Shown piece by piece: positions 21,076 to 32,492 of a stretch of DNA of 64,000 nucleotides (position 1 is the first letter of the stretch; each line of letters opens with the position of its first letter). The notes below the pieces were generated by a model that was given only the letters and a program-made list of their open reading frames with translations, ran no database searches and was not told the origin of the DNA. The stretch comes from Diplonema japonicum (taxonomy: Eukaryota > Protista > Euglenozoa: Diplonemea): positions 744,001 to 808,000 of the forward strand of contig OZ025652.1 in NCBI GenBank assembly GCA_964019335.1, in the 5' to 3' direction. A program made the position numbers and the translations under genes.

Positions 21076-22629
21076 ATGTATCACGCTATTGTAGCAGCAA
21101 CGCTTTTGGGAGTGGCGGCAGGTGCACCTGTTGTGGACATCCCCGGACTGGGTAGTCTGGAGGGTAGACAGAGGACTGCAGGTGTTGAAGTCGACGAGTT
21201 CCTTGGTGTGCAATACGCCACAGCGGATCGATGGGAAAGCCCTGTAGAAGTGAAGCCTTGGAACAACACAAAGCGCGCCACAGCCTACGGCAACACGTGC
21301 CCCGGTTCACGTTGCATCAGGGACGGCGAAAGGGATGCAGAGGAGTGTCTGTACCTCAACATCTACAGGCCCAGCAACGTGGCAAAGGGTGATAATATCC
21401 CTGTCATGATCTGGGTGCACGGTGGGTCCTATACCTTCGGTTGCTCCGACCAGTACGAAGGCCAGCAGATGATCGCTCCTTCCAACTCGTCTGTGATCGT
21501 CATCACCATGAACTACCGCCTCAACGTTATGGGCTTCCTAGGAAGCGACAAGATGAGGGTGTCTGACGGGAGCACCGGGAACTTCGGTCTCCAGGACCAG
21601 AGAGCAGCCATGCTGTGGGCAAAGAAACACATATCCAACTTCGGCGGAAACCCCAACGACATGACGATCTTCGGCGAGTCTGCAGGTGCTGGGGCCATGA
21701 CCGTTCACCTCACTTCAAAGAAGTCTGCCGGCATCTTCACTAAGGTGATAGCGCAGTCGGGTCTTGGCTCCTCTTGGTCGGCTAACAGCCTTTCAAAGGC
21801 TGAGGCGACATTCGCCACAGTGCTGAAGCACACCAACTGCTCTGACGTTGCCTGCCTCAAGTCCTTGTCCTCTTTGAAGCTGCAGGAGGCAATCATCTCT
21901 CTCGATGTGGAGCACTTCAAGCACTTCTACTTCGCACCTGTCGTTGACGGTGTCGAGCTGACGGCCCTCCCCATCGACAGCCTCAGGAGTGGTGACTTCA
22001 ACAAGGGCATCCCCGTCATGGCAGGCGTCAACAGGGACGAAGGTGCTGCCTTCGTGGGACCTATCTCCCAGGCTGATGAGCTCCTATTTGACAGCATGAT
22101 GCTCGAACTGGACCTCGTCAAGTCGCCATTGGATCTGATTGAGTTGAAGCGGCTCTATGCCAATGGGACATACGAGTACCCGAAGGTGTTGGGGAAGCAT
22201 GACTTCTGGTGGTGGGTTTTGGTCAGGGCTCTTAGTGACCAGATGATCACATGCCCCACGAGGATGGCACTGCGGGCACTCGTCCAGCACAACGCTGCTT
22301 CTGTCAACATGTATGCGAACATGCTGTCATACACAGCACCTGGTACTGTTGCCGTGGGACACGGGGCAGACTTGAAGTACGTGTTCAACTGCCAGGGGAA
22401 GCCTCTGCAGTCCTCTTGTGCCTTCGATAACGCCACAGAAACTGCCTTTGCATCCACTATGTCCTCCTACTGGTCGGCCTATGCTGTGAAGGGTGTTCCG
22501 GCTACCGCTTGGCCGATGTACGATGTTGCTAAGGACAACCACTTCAACCTTGATGTGGGCCCCACGGGTATGAAGACCATGGAGCATGTTAGAACAGAAC
22601 CCTGCAACTTCTGGGATAGACAACTCTAG
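21076..22629 (+). CDS. Secreted type-B carboxylesterase (cholinesterase/pNB-esterase family)
   Basis: Signal peptide; EECLYLNIY, WVHGGS, NYRL..GF, FGGNP, GESAG nucleophile elbow, HGADL catalytic His. Confidence 0.95.
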   Translation: MYHAIVAATLLGVAAGAPVVDIPGLGSLEGRQRTAGVEVDEFLGVQYATADRWESPVEVKPWNNTKRATAYGNTCPGSRCIRDGERDAEECLYLNIYRPSNVAKGDNIPVMIWVHGGSYTFGCSDQYEGQQMIAPSNSSVIVITMNYRLNVMGFLGSDKMRVSDGSTGNFGLQDQRAAMLWAKKHISNFGGNPNDMTIFGESAGAGAMTVHLTSKKSAGIFTKVIAQSGLGSSWSANSLSKAEATFATVLKHTNCSDVACLKSLSSLKLQEAIISLDVEHFKHFYFAPVVDGVELTALPIDSLRSGDFNKGIPVMAGVNRDEGAAFVGPISQADELLFDSMMLELDLVKSPLDLIELKRLYANGTYEYPKVLGKHDFWWWVLVRALSDQMITCPTRMALRALVQHNAASVNMYANMLSYTAPGTVAVGHGADLKYVFNCQGKPLQSSCAFDNATETAFASTMSSYWSAYAVKGVPATAWPMYDVAKDNHFNLDVGPTGMKTMEHVRTEPCNFWDRQL

Positions 22630-22900
22630 TTGCAGTTTGCGTAACACTTTAATTTCGTGAGCCGCGTGCACCTAACTTCGATCATTCTTGTTGATAAACA
22701 CGCACACCAGATAGAAACAGCGGACCCCGTCCGTTGGTCATCTGGGCTCTCAGAATGTACGGGACATCGCTCTCATGTTTCTCTTTTGATGCACACCGCT
22801 CCCCATTAATCGAGAGCCAACAACGTGCGATGATTGTTTCCCTTTTTTTTTTCTTCTCACCCTAGTGCCTTACCCTTACACCTTGCAGGCTCCAAGAAAT

Positions 22901-24069
22901 ATGTCTGCACGTAGTGCGTCTCCCAATAAACCGGAAACGGTTTCAGTTATCGTGAAAGAAGAGGATGTCCCTGCGAAGCCTAATGTAGAGACCCCCCCCA
23001 TGCTGATGGGCATTGAGATACGATACTTGGTGCTCCCACTGCTGACTGCTCAGAACGCAAGTGCAGTGTTGTTGATGAGGGCTGTGAGAAGTCTTCCTGG
23101 GCAGACAGAATTCAGCACACAAACGGCAGTTATCATGCAGGAAATCTTCAAAGGGCTCGCGTGCATGTGTATCCTGCTTGCGAGTGAGAAGACCCTAAGC
23201 TCTGCTTGGAACAAGCCGGCGGAAGCGCTGAAGACAGTATGAAGAAACCCGTTTTTCCCTTCCATGGGACGTTAACAAATAATATAATAACACACAGTCC
23301 ATCCCTGCGCTGCTATACCTCTTCCAAAACAACATCCAGTTCCTTGCTGTGACCATCCTTGACGCTGCCACTTATACAGTGTCGTACCAAAGCAAAACAC
23401 TGTGGACAGGTGTCATGACTGTGGTATGAAGGGGGACATCGTTTTGAATGACAACCACAGCTGTTGTTGGGGAGGCAGTTGACATGCAGCAAATGGACCG
23501 CCATCGGGATGCTGAGTGTGGGTGTGGTGTTGGTGAATCTTGGCGGGTCGAGCAAGTCGGAGGCGAAGGCTGAAAGGCCGATGTCGCCTGCTGAGAGGTT
23601 CATGGGACTGATACTGATCAACATGGCGGCGGTGGCCTCGTCGTTGGCAGGGGTGTACTTCGAGAAGATTTTGAAGGAAGTGAAGGTCTCGCTATGGACG
23701 AGGAACTTGCAGCTGGCCTTCTACAGTGTGATCTGTGGCTACTTCACCCTGTGGATGTCGCCGAATGACAAGCTGAAGATCGAGGAAAACGGGTTTTTCC
23801 ATGGCTACACCCCCGCAACATGGGTCTGCATCACCGTCAACGCATTCGGCGGCCTGCTGTGCGGTGCTGTCATCAAGTATGCTGACGCTGTGTCAAAGGA
23901 CGTCTCTATTGGTGCCAGCATCGTGTTGTCCACCACTGCATCTATCTTCTTCTTTGACTATGCTGTGAACCTCCAGATCATCATGGGTATAATAGTTGTC
24001 ATCTATTCAGTATTCATTTACTCCGGCAATGCCAGGAATCCTATTGAGGCTGTTTGCTCTGTGTCGTAG
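22901..24069 (+). CDS. Nucleotide-sugar transporter (SLC35A, UDP-Gal/CMP-Sia type), 3 exons; introns 23237-23297 and 23424-23460
   Basis: Spliced product has IPALLYLFQNN, YQSK.LWT, AGVYFEKILK, W.RNLQL, GFFHGY and GGLL...VIKYAD. Confidence 0.93.
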
Positions 24070-24564
24070 GCCGGGAGGGGAGAAATCAAACAACCATTTC
24101 CAGTGTTTTTTTATTATTTTTTTTTTTTTTATTATTCATCTTTTCTTGGAAGCGAGGAAGGGGGTACCTCCATATACACTTAAGAGAAAAAAAAACAAAA
24201 AAAAAAGGAAGAAAGAACGCTAGTTGCATTTTCAAAAAAAAGAGAAAAAACAAAAGAAAAAAAAAGGAGGTTTTTGTATTCAATCCCCATCTCGCTCCCT
24301 TTCCATTCTCCCTCCTTTTTTTGCAACCCCCCCCCTCCCTTTTTTGTGTGGAATTTTAAAATATCTGGCAAAACCTCTTTACGTTCGTGGCATTAGGAGT
24401 GCTTTGTCATCCCCCCCAAGGGTATTTAAAGCTTTTAAGCTGCGCAACGTGAGTAAGAAAAAGGGTTTTCTTGCCTGATTCGTGATCAAAGTTTGATGGA
24501 GATAAGAAGACGGGGAGAAGAATGTTTTATTTACGATCGTTGGTAATGGAAGAGAAAAAAGAAT

Positions 24565-24600
<36 letters not shown>

Positions 24601-25884
24601 TATAAAATGTCACGCTCCACTATCCATCATGTTGTTCATGAATGGAGAAAACCGTGAGAGCAAAACAAAAAGAAGGGGGATGGAGAGAACAACGAAGGAA
24701 GTCCATAAATTGATTCCACTGTTGCACAAAAAAAAAAAAAGAAAAATGGAGAGTGGAGGGAGGGGAGAAGGGACAGAATAGTGTTTGTTGTTTGTTCTTT
24801 TTTTTTTCCATCATCACCCCCCACTACATTTGTTTTAAAGAACGGGGCGTTTAGTTTATCCCTCACCCCCTTCTATCCCTTTCAAGATTTGAGACCCCAT
24901 TTCTTTGAAGTGAAACGTGGCACAATCTTGGATTCTTTCCAAAAAGAAAAAGAGAGAGAAAAAAAAAAAGAAAAAAGAAAAAAAAAAAAAAACGATTTAA
25001 TAAAAAACTTCTATTATGAAAACGTGAGTGTTTTTTTTTTTTTTTTTTTTACTTTATTTTACTCCATCCTGAAATAGTCATACCTGACACTGGTGACGCT
25101 CTTTTACTACAGGTCTCCACTCGGGTGTGGTTCGTTGGCCGGGGCTAAATTAAAGAAGTATTGTTTCCTCTTTTTCTCCTCCCTTTGCTATCCCCACCCA
25201 CCAGACCAAATACTTGATGTGTACCTTCTTTATTTCTGAGGGGGGAAAGGGGTAGATAAGTAGAGACAAGGGGCCGTTCCAAAAAAAGAAAAAAAAGAAC
25301 CTTCTTTATCTCATCTCTCTTTTTTTTTCCCCCCTTCATTTTTTTTTCTGCTTTGGATTATCTTAGCTTTGTAAAAAAAGAAGAAAACAAAGGCGCCACC
25401 CCCCCCCCCCCCCCCCCTTGATGCTTTTAAACAAAGCGAAGAAGAAAAAAGTAAGGGCGGGGGTTGTTCTTTTATTTTGAATATAATTCTCTTGCGGCGA
25501 GAAATGAAGAAAAGAAAGTTCTGCAAAAAAAAAATCCCCCTCTCGCCAGTTCCCCACTTTCTCTGCTTTTTTATTTTAATTTTTATGTTCATTCACACAA
25601 ACCCCCTCCCCCTTTATTATTATTTTGTCGCTCCCTCCTTCACACTCCCATTCTTCCCTTTGTTTATGTACACTGCAGGAAAAAAAAAAAAAAAAAAAAA
25701 AGAGAACGAACAAGAAAATAATGATTCAAAAAAAAAAAGGAATGTTTTTTTGCTTTAACACACCCTAATTTATATTTTTTTTTCTTCTGTGCCTGCTTAA
25801 AAGAATAACCATCGACTCAAGGGGGGGTGGGGGGCGAACGAAACAAAAATTTACACACACACATACAACCCGTACGCCGCCCCC
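24070..25884. other. Long AT-rich, homopolymer-rich intergenic region
   Basis: About 1.8 kb of poly(A), poly(T) and poly(C) tracts with no credible ORF. Confidence 0.75.
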
Positions 25885-26909
25885 ATGTTGGCGATGAAGA
25901 AGGCGGTGCGAGACGATGAGCTAGCGGTCGAAGGGAGTAAAAGAAAATACCTCAGCACACGGGAGAGGATGATGGCGGCGAGTGTGGGGAGCGTCTTGGT
26001 AGCTTTGACAATGACACCGCTCGATGTTGTGAAGGTAAAGGTACAGGCGGGCATGACAGGCAGCAGCACGTTGGACTGCGTCCGGAACCCGTATTGCAGA
26101 GAATTCTACGTCTCCAATGGCATGATGGAGTTGAAGCAACTGAAGTCAAAATGGCCATGCTTCAAAGAACCATCACCATGCATCCACAGCCCCACCCTCA
26201 CCCTCTTACGCAGCACGCTTAGATACGAAGGTGTACGGGGTCTTTACGCAGGCTTCGTGCCCACTATCATGATGTCAGCTCCCAACAACGTTATGTACTT
26301 CGCTGCCTACGAGACGGGTAAAGACGCAGGTGTCCCACCCGTTGTAGCGGGTAGCACAGCACGGGTCTTGTCGACGTCGTTGGTCGCACCACTGGAGTTC
26401 ATTCGAACACGGATTCAAGCTGGGAACAACATCGCCTCTGTACGGAGCACAATCCGAGCGGAAGGGTACACAGTGTTGTGGAGAGGCATTGTCCCCACAT
26501 TGTGGCGTGACGTGCCGTTCAGCGGTTTGTACTGGGGGAGCTACGAGACGGTGATGGGGATACTTAACGTGCAGTTCCCTTCGACATACTCGTTCTACAA
26601 GGCGTTCATTGCTGGTGGCCTTTCAGGATCCATCAGTGCTTTGTTCACAATGCCTTTCGATGTTGTAAAAACACGGCACCAAGTGCAGAACCAGACAGTG
26701 CCGGAGCCAACGCAACGTGTCTCGCTGTGGACATCAATCGTCACAATTTCCAGAACAGAAGGCATCTCATCGCTGTTTGCGGGATTGGGACCCAGGATCG
26801 CACGTGCTGGGCCTTCATGTGCAATCATGATCAGCGCTTACGAGGTATGCTCGGTGAAAACATAAACACACCGTACACCAAACAGGCCATGAAGCTTTAT
26901 TTGTTATAA
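25885..26909 (+). CDS. Mitochondrial carrier, SLC25A39/40 (Mtm1)-like; terminal intron 26845-26885
   Basis: Three P-x-D/E-x-x-K/R signatures (PLDVVK, PLEFIR, PFDVVK), RDVPFSGLYW, PSCAIMISAYE and a Cys-containing first loop. Splicing gives ..YEAMKLYLL*. Confidence 0.9.
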
Positions 26910-27647
26910 AGACATTCCGTGCTTCTCGTTCCCTTTCCTTTTTTCTTTTCTTTTCCTGTTCTAATATTATTTCTTGCATCCTTAGATATCCCTGCGGGAC
27001 ATATCGGTGTGTCTTATTTATTTTTTTATGCTGCCTGTTTTCCTAAATCCATCCCCCTTCGACTCTGAGGCCTTGGCAAACGGCCGTACAGATTTCGTAT
27101 TTTTATCAAAAGTCCCTCTCACCGCATCATCGGGCAATGCTAAGCCTTCTTGCCTTCCATTGCATTGCTTATCAGAATCAAGGCCATACGCACAAAGGGT
27201 GCCTTTTCTCCTAAACAATGGAAGATGACAACGAGAGATAAAAGAATATGTGGTGCAGGAGAATAGTCATTAACAGCGTCTGTATTGCAGAGCAACGATT
27301 TGCCACTCTTTAGAGATCCCCCTCCTCCCACCATCAAGCACCGTGCTTAGCCACGCAGCAGTTTAATTTTTTCTTTCTTTTTTGGTATTTGTTTCTGTTA
27401 GGATGAACAAAAAGTCTTGCTCAAGTTCTTGGGGTACTCGAATGCTCCTCTGAGAGGTGTGCGCGAGCAATACAACGTAGTTTAATTCACCCTCACCCCT
27501 CTGCGTTACGTATCGTGCATGTGCATGTGTTGCACCCCTCTTAGCATTGGAGTCTTGCTTCCCTTTTTTTCCGACTCGCGTATGCTGTTAGTGCTTATTT
27601 CCCCCTTTTTTTCCCTTCTTGGTGGCACCGTCTTCAGAGCTAACAAC

Positions 27648-28505
27648 ATGCCGTTCACAAAACTACTGAGGTCCCAGTCTGGTGTGATGGCCGGGAAGCC
27701 AAACATCGACCGTGGTGGGAAGATCCACCTCCCGCACAGTGCCATGGGTGAACTAGCAAGGATGGAAATCACCTTCCCCATGATGTTCAAGATCAGCAAC
27801 CCTGCGACTGGTAAGAGCACCCACTGCGGCGTGCTTGAATTCACCGCAGACGAAGGAGGCGCCGTAGTCCCGTACTGGATGATGCAGCTCCTCGGTGTTG
27901 GTGAAACAGGGTCTGTTAAGATCGAGAGTGTCGGGCTCCCGAGGGGCACCTTCATTAAGATCCAACCCGCCGAAGAGGCGTTCATTAAGCTTTCAAACCC
28001 GAAGGTTGTGTTGGAGAGCCGGTTGAACAACTTTTCGTGCCTCACAAAGGGCGACACGATCCTCATTAACTACAACGAAAAGAACTACGAAATCATCGTC
28101 CTTGAGACGAAGGTTGGCGACAAGGAAGTAAATGCCATTTCCATCGTTGAAACAGATGTGAAGGTGGAGTTCGCAAGGCCGCTAGACATGCCGCCCTCAC
28201 CACAGCATAAGCCTGTCGCCCCTGCTCCTGCAAAATCCGCATCGAGTGGTCTGAATTTCGGGAACACGCTTCTTGATAGGCAGAACTCCGACCAGCAAGC
28301 CGCAACTCCTGCCCCTGCTCCCGCAGCAACTGGTTTCCAAGCATTCTCGGGCTCCGGTCGTACCCTTGGCGGTGGCACCGCAGCATCTTCATCTGCCGCC
28401 CCCATCGCATCTCGACCTACCGACAGTTATGGGAGACCTCTAAAAGTGGAGGAGAAGCCAAAGGAATTCGCAGCGTTCGGTGGGAAGGGAAGGTCGTTGA
28501 AGTAG
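27648..28505 (+). CDS. UFD1: Ubiquitin fusion degradation protein 1
   Basis: GGKI.LP.SA, THCGVLEFTA.EG, VPYWMM, NPK.VLE..L.NF.CLTKGD and C-terminal F.G.GR.L SHP boxes. Confidence 0.96.
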   Translation: MPFTKLLRSQSGVMAGKPNIDRGGKIHLPHSAMGELARMEITFPMMFKISNPATGKSTHCGVLEFTADEGGAVVPYWMMQLLGVGETGSVKIESVGLPRGTFIKIQPAEEAFIKLSNPKVVLESRLNNFSCLTKGDTILINYNEKNYEIIVLETKVGDKEVNAISIVETDVKVEFARPLDMPPSPQHKPVAPAPAKSASSGLNFGNTLLDRQNSDQQAATPAPAPAATGFQAFSGSGRTLGGGTAASSSAAPIASRPTDSYGRPLKVEEKPKEFAAFGGKGRSLK

Positions 28506-28648
28506 GCATGACCAGTGTTATTAGAGTATTAAGGTGCGTTTCTTGCCGGTGCCTAGACTTTGTTTATTTATGGGGGGGGAAAAAAAAAGCACGCATCCTT
28601 TTCTTTGAAAAAGTGCTGTGACACCACACCACAGCATAGCACAGCACG

Positions 28649-30205
28649 ATGGATGGCCTCCTTGACGACCTCGAAAGGCACCTTCCTGTGTGTGAGTATG
28701 GGAAGCTGGAGGAGATACGTGAGAAGCTTGGGATTCTGAGGGATGAGTACGACGTAGAGTACCCTGGGTCGGATGTGGCGCTGAAAGGATGTGGACTGTC
28801 AATACTAGAGCTGTCTGTTCAAAATGAGTTGAATGATGTGGTGAACATGATACTGAACGAGAAGTGGGGGCGGGTTGACAGGTGTGTGGGGTTCCCTTGC
28901 ACTGTGCTGTGCAAGACGTGCTACAAGAACCCCGACAACGTGGGGCTCGTCAAGATACTGCTTTACTTCGGGTCCGATCCCAACGCCACCATCTCAAACG
29001 ATGGGCATTCCGCGTCATGTTTGATTTCTGCCGTGATCAACGGGAGAGTAGAGATCGTGGCCCTGCTGCTGCAGCATGACGTGAACATCTACTACGAGTG
29101 GCGCGGGCAGAATGCCCTCTCGATGGCGATGGACTTCAAGCGGACCGACGTCGTGAATATGATCGAAGAACACGCGATGAAGAAGGCACACTCCGCAAGG
29201 CGGCATCGCTTACAAAAACCAAAACCCACCCCCGAACCCACAGAAACCCTAACCACAACCCACCACCCGTTGACCGACCAGCCCATTGACTTCACCAAAA
29301 CACTTGAAAAGCAGTCCATCCTTACCTCGTCATTCATGTCAAAACTCTCTACTGTGGACTGGGTGTACAAAATGAGCGACCTCGACATCAAGGCCCACAT
29401 TGGCACAGGAGGCTTCGGGACGGTTAACAAAGCTGTGCTCCTTGAAACGGGGGACCTGGTAGCGTGCAAGTGCATCACGTGCCGTGGCGACGACATGCTC
29501 TCCGTTTTCAAGGAAGAGGTGGCGTTGATGGCGAAGCTGCGACATAAGAATGTAGTGTTGTTCTTAGGTGCTGTTCTTGACCTACCATCCCTGTGCATCA
29601 TAACAGAGCTTATGAAGTGCAATCTTTCAGACCGCCTGCAAGACAGGGCATCTATCACATGGCCAGAGAGGCTGCGGTGGAGCAGAGACATAAGCAGGGG
29701 GATGACGTACCTGCACACAAGGAACCCTTACGTGCTGCATCGGGACCTGAAGTCCTTGAATGTACTGTTGGGCGACTCCGGTGAAGCAAAGCTTTGTGAC
29801 TTCGGGATGGCTAAGGCAAAGAAGTCTACCATGCAGGACTCCATGTTGTGCGGCTCGCCAAGCTGGATGGCCCCTGAGGTGCTGCGGGGTGAGTCTTTCG
29901 CGCGAGCCTCTGATGTTTACTCTTTCAGTGTCGTTCTCTGGGAAATCCTCACCAGGCAAACACCTTGGCCCAATCAAACACTTCCCCAATTGGTGGGACT
30001 CGTAGGGTTCTCCTGTCGCTTACTCCCCCTGCCTACCCCCCTCCCTGAAGGCACACCGCCATCCTTCATCTCCATCCTCGAGAATTGCCGGGCAAAACCC
30101 GATGCCCGGCCACCCTTTAAAAACATAACCAGTGCTATTGACGATGTCATTTCTGAAGAAGAAACGAAGAGTAAAAAGCCTAGAACAACGGGCATACCTT
30201 GCTAG
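28649..30205 (+). CDS. Ankyrin-repeat TKL (Raf/MLK-like) protein kinase
   Basis: N-terminal ankyrin repeats; GTGGFG, VACK, HRDLKSLN, DFG, GSPSWMAPE, SDVYSF.VVLWE. Confidence 0.92.
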   Translation: MDGLLDDLERHLPVCEYGKLEEIREKLGILRDEYDVEYPGSDVALKGCGLSILELSVQNELNDVVNMILNEKWGRVDRCVGFPCTVLCKTCYKNPDNVGLVKILLYFGSDPNATISNDGHSASCLISAVINGRVEIVALLLQHDVNIYYEWRGQNALSMAMDFKRTDVVNMIEEHAMKKAHSARRHRLQKPKPTPEPTETLTTTHHPLTDQPIDFTKTLEKQSILTSSFMSKLSTVDWVYKMSDLDIKAHIGTGGFGTVNKAVLLETGDLVACKCITCRGDDMLSVFKEEVALMAKLRHKNVVLFLGAVLDLPSLCIITELMKCNLSDRLQDRASITWPERLRWSRDISRGMTYLHTRNPYVLHRDLKSLNVLLGDSGEAKLCDFGMAKAKKSTMQDSMLCGSPSWMAPEVLRGESFARASDVYSFSVVLWEILTRQTPWPNQTLPQLVGLVGFSCRLLPLPTPLPEGTPPSFISILENCRAKPDARPPFKNITSAIDDVISEEETKSKKPRTTGIPC

Positions 30206-30472
30206 CTCTAAGTTGAGTATTTCCATACCGCTGTTTCTTCGTGAAGGTTGCATTCACGCTCCTTTAAGTCAGCCAAGAGGTTTCAATTTCTTCTGTATGT
30301 GAGCACCACTGCAAAATAGGTCTAGTTCTTTCTTTTCTTGTTCTATTTTTCTTTTTTCTGGCCATTTTCTGTGGCATTCTTAGTTTTAATTTAGTCTTGT
30401 TTAATTTGAAATACGTTGCTTCTCCTTGTCCCTTTTCTCCTACTCATTACAGACCTCAAACATCTTCTCAAT

Positions 30473-30983
30473 ATGTCTGACGAAGAGTTCCAGACCGGTG
30501 ACGCTGGTTCGTCCACCACCTACCCCATTCAGGTATGATGCAACCTTGAGAGCAAAACTATGATTCATAACACAGGCTGGTGCTCTGAAGAAGGGTATGC
30601 ACTGCGTGATCAAGGACAGGCCATGCAAGATTATCGAGTACACCACCTCGAAGACCGGAAAGCACGGTCACGCAAAGGCTCACATTGTTGCCATTGACAT
30701 CTTCACCAGCAAGAAGCTTGAGGAAATCTGCCCCACCTCGCACAACATGTTCGCCCCCAACGTGACCCGTGCGGAGTACTCCCTCATCGACGTTGACGCC
30801 GATGGTGTTGTCTCCCTTCAGGATGACACTGGTGACATCCGTGAGGACCTTTCCCTCCCCAAGGATGACGAACTCGCCAAGCAGATCAAGGCCGGGTTCG
30901 AGGCCGGCAAGGACCTCGTGCTCAGCGTTGTGGGTGCCATGAACGAGGAGGCCGTTATGACGTGCAAGGAGGCCACCAAGTAA
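30473..30983 (+). CDS. eIF5A: Translation factor eIF5A, copy 1; intron 30533-30575
   Basis: MSDEEFQTGDAGSSTTYPIQ|AGALKKG...TSKTGKHGHAK (hypusine site). Confidence 0.98.
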
Positions 30984-31221
30984 ACAACTTAAGTCAGACT
31001 ATGGAGAGCAGTGTTTTCTTCTTTCTTTTTTTCGGTTTTTTTCTTTGATGAAAAATAGTTCAATTCCATTGCGTTATTCTATCCAAGAGGTGTAGTGCTT
31101 GAGGTATCTTTCATCACCCACTCATCCCACCCAACCCAACCCCACTTTTTGATTCTAGCACCCCATTATCTACCACCGTAATCCTTGCAGCCTTTGAAAA
31201 AAAAGAAGAAAAAAAACTAAT

Positions 31222-31737
31222 ATGTCTGACGAAGAGTTCCAGACCGGTGACGCTGGTTCGTCCACCACCTACCCCATTCAGGTATGATGCAACCACTTCC
31301 GTTGTGCAAAACTATGATTCATAACACAGGCTGGTGCTCTGAAGAAGGGTATGCACTGCGTGATCAAGGACAGGCCATGCAAGATTATCGAGTACACCAC
31401 CTCGAAGACCGGAAAGCACGGTCACGCAAAGGCTCACATTGTTGCCATTGACATCTTCACCAGCAAGAAGCTTGAGGAAATCTGCCCCACCTCGCACAAC
31501 ATGTTCGCCCCCAACGTGACCCGTGCGGAGTACTCCCTCATCGACGTTGACGCCGATGGTGTTGTCTCCCTTCAGGATGACACTGGTGACATCCGTGAGG
31601 ACCTTTCCCTCCCCAAGGATGACGAACTCGCCAAGCAGATCAAGGCCGGGTTCGAGGCCGGCAAGGACCTCGTGCTCAGCGTTGTGGGTGCCATGAACGA
31701 GGAGGCCGTTATGACGTGCAAGGAGGCCACCAAGTAG
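31222..31737 (+). CDS. eIF5A: Translation factor eIF5A, copy 2; intron 31282-31329
   Basis: Same protein as copy 1; TAG stop; intron 5 nt longer. Confidence 0.98.
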
Positions 31738-31981
31738 AGAGGTTGTGCTAAACAGTGTAGCATCGTCAGTCCATCAAGTTGAGCGAGAACTCAAATGTAT
31801 TATCAGCGATTTACTTTCTATTACCTTTTACTGGTTTGAGGTTCTCCTGTGTGTTGGTGAAGCAACAATAGGTAAATCGACGGAGTGAGTGGTTCTAGTT
31901 TTTCTCCCTTTCGGTTTCCAGCATATCTTAAGTACACTTCATACCACACACTATTACAGAAGAAAACAAGACTCAGTTAAT

Positions 31982-32492
31982 ATGTCTGACGAAGAGTTCC
32001 AGACCGGTGACGCTGGTTCGTCCACCACCTACCCCATTCAGGTATGATGCAACCTTGAGAGCAAAACTATGATTCATAACACAGGCTGGTGCTCTGAAGA
32101 AGGGTATGCACTGCGTGATCAAGGACAGGCCATGCAAGATTATCGAGTACACCACCTCGAAGACCGGAAAGCACGGTCACGCAAAGGCTCACATTGTTGC
32201 CATTGACATCTTCACCAGCAAGAAGCTTGAGGAAATCTGCCCCACCTCGCACAACATGTTCGCCCCCAACGTGACCCGTGCGGAGTACTCCCTCATCGAC
32301 GTTGACGCAGATGGTGTTGTCTCCCTTCAGGATGACACTGGTGACATCCGTGAGGACCTTTCCCTCCCCAAGGATGACGAACTCGCCAAGCAGATCAAGG
32401 CCGGGTTCGAGGCCGGCAAGGACCTCGTGCTCAGCGTTGTGGGTGCCATGAACGAGGAGGCCGTTATGACGTGCAAGGAGGCCACCAAGTAG
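31982..32492 (+). CDS. eIF5A: Translation factor eIF5A, copy 3; intron 32042-32084
   Basis: Same protein; one synonymous change seen (GCC>GCA); intron identical to copy 1. Confidence 0.98.

Noticed and set aside
22690-22745. Hammerhead-like pieces (ttgataa ... gaaac-stem-gtc)
   Set aside because: Stem I and stem II cannot be formed; a simple hairpin explains the pairing.
25075-25145. catacctg (complement of the CAG/GTATG donor) in a GC-richer island, as a possible U1 snRNA 5' end or minus-strand SL RNA
   Set aside because: No U1-70K loop, Sm site or resemblance to known euglenozoan SL exons; an 8-nt match is expected by chance.
24054-25758. F/K-rich ORFs in the AT-rich desert
   Set aside because: Translations of homopolymer tracts.
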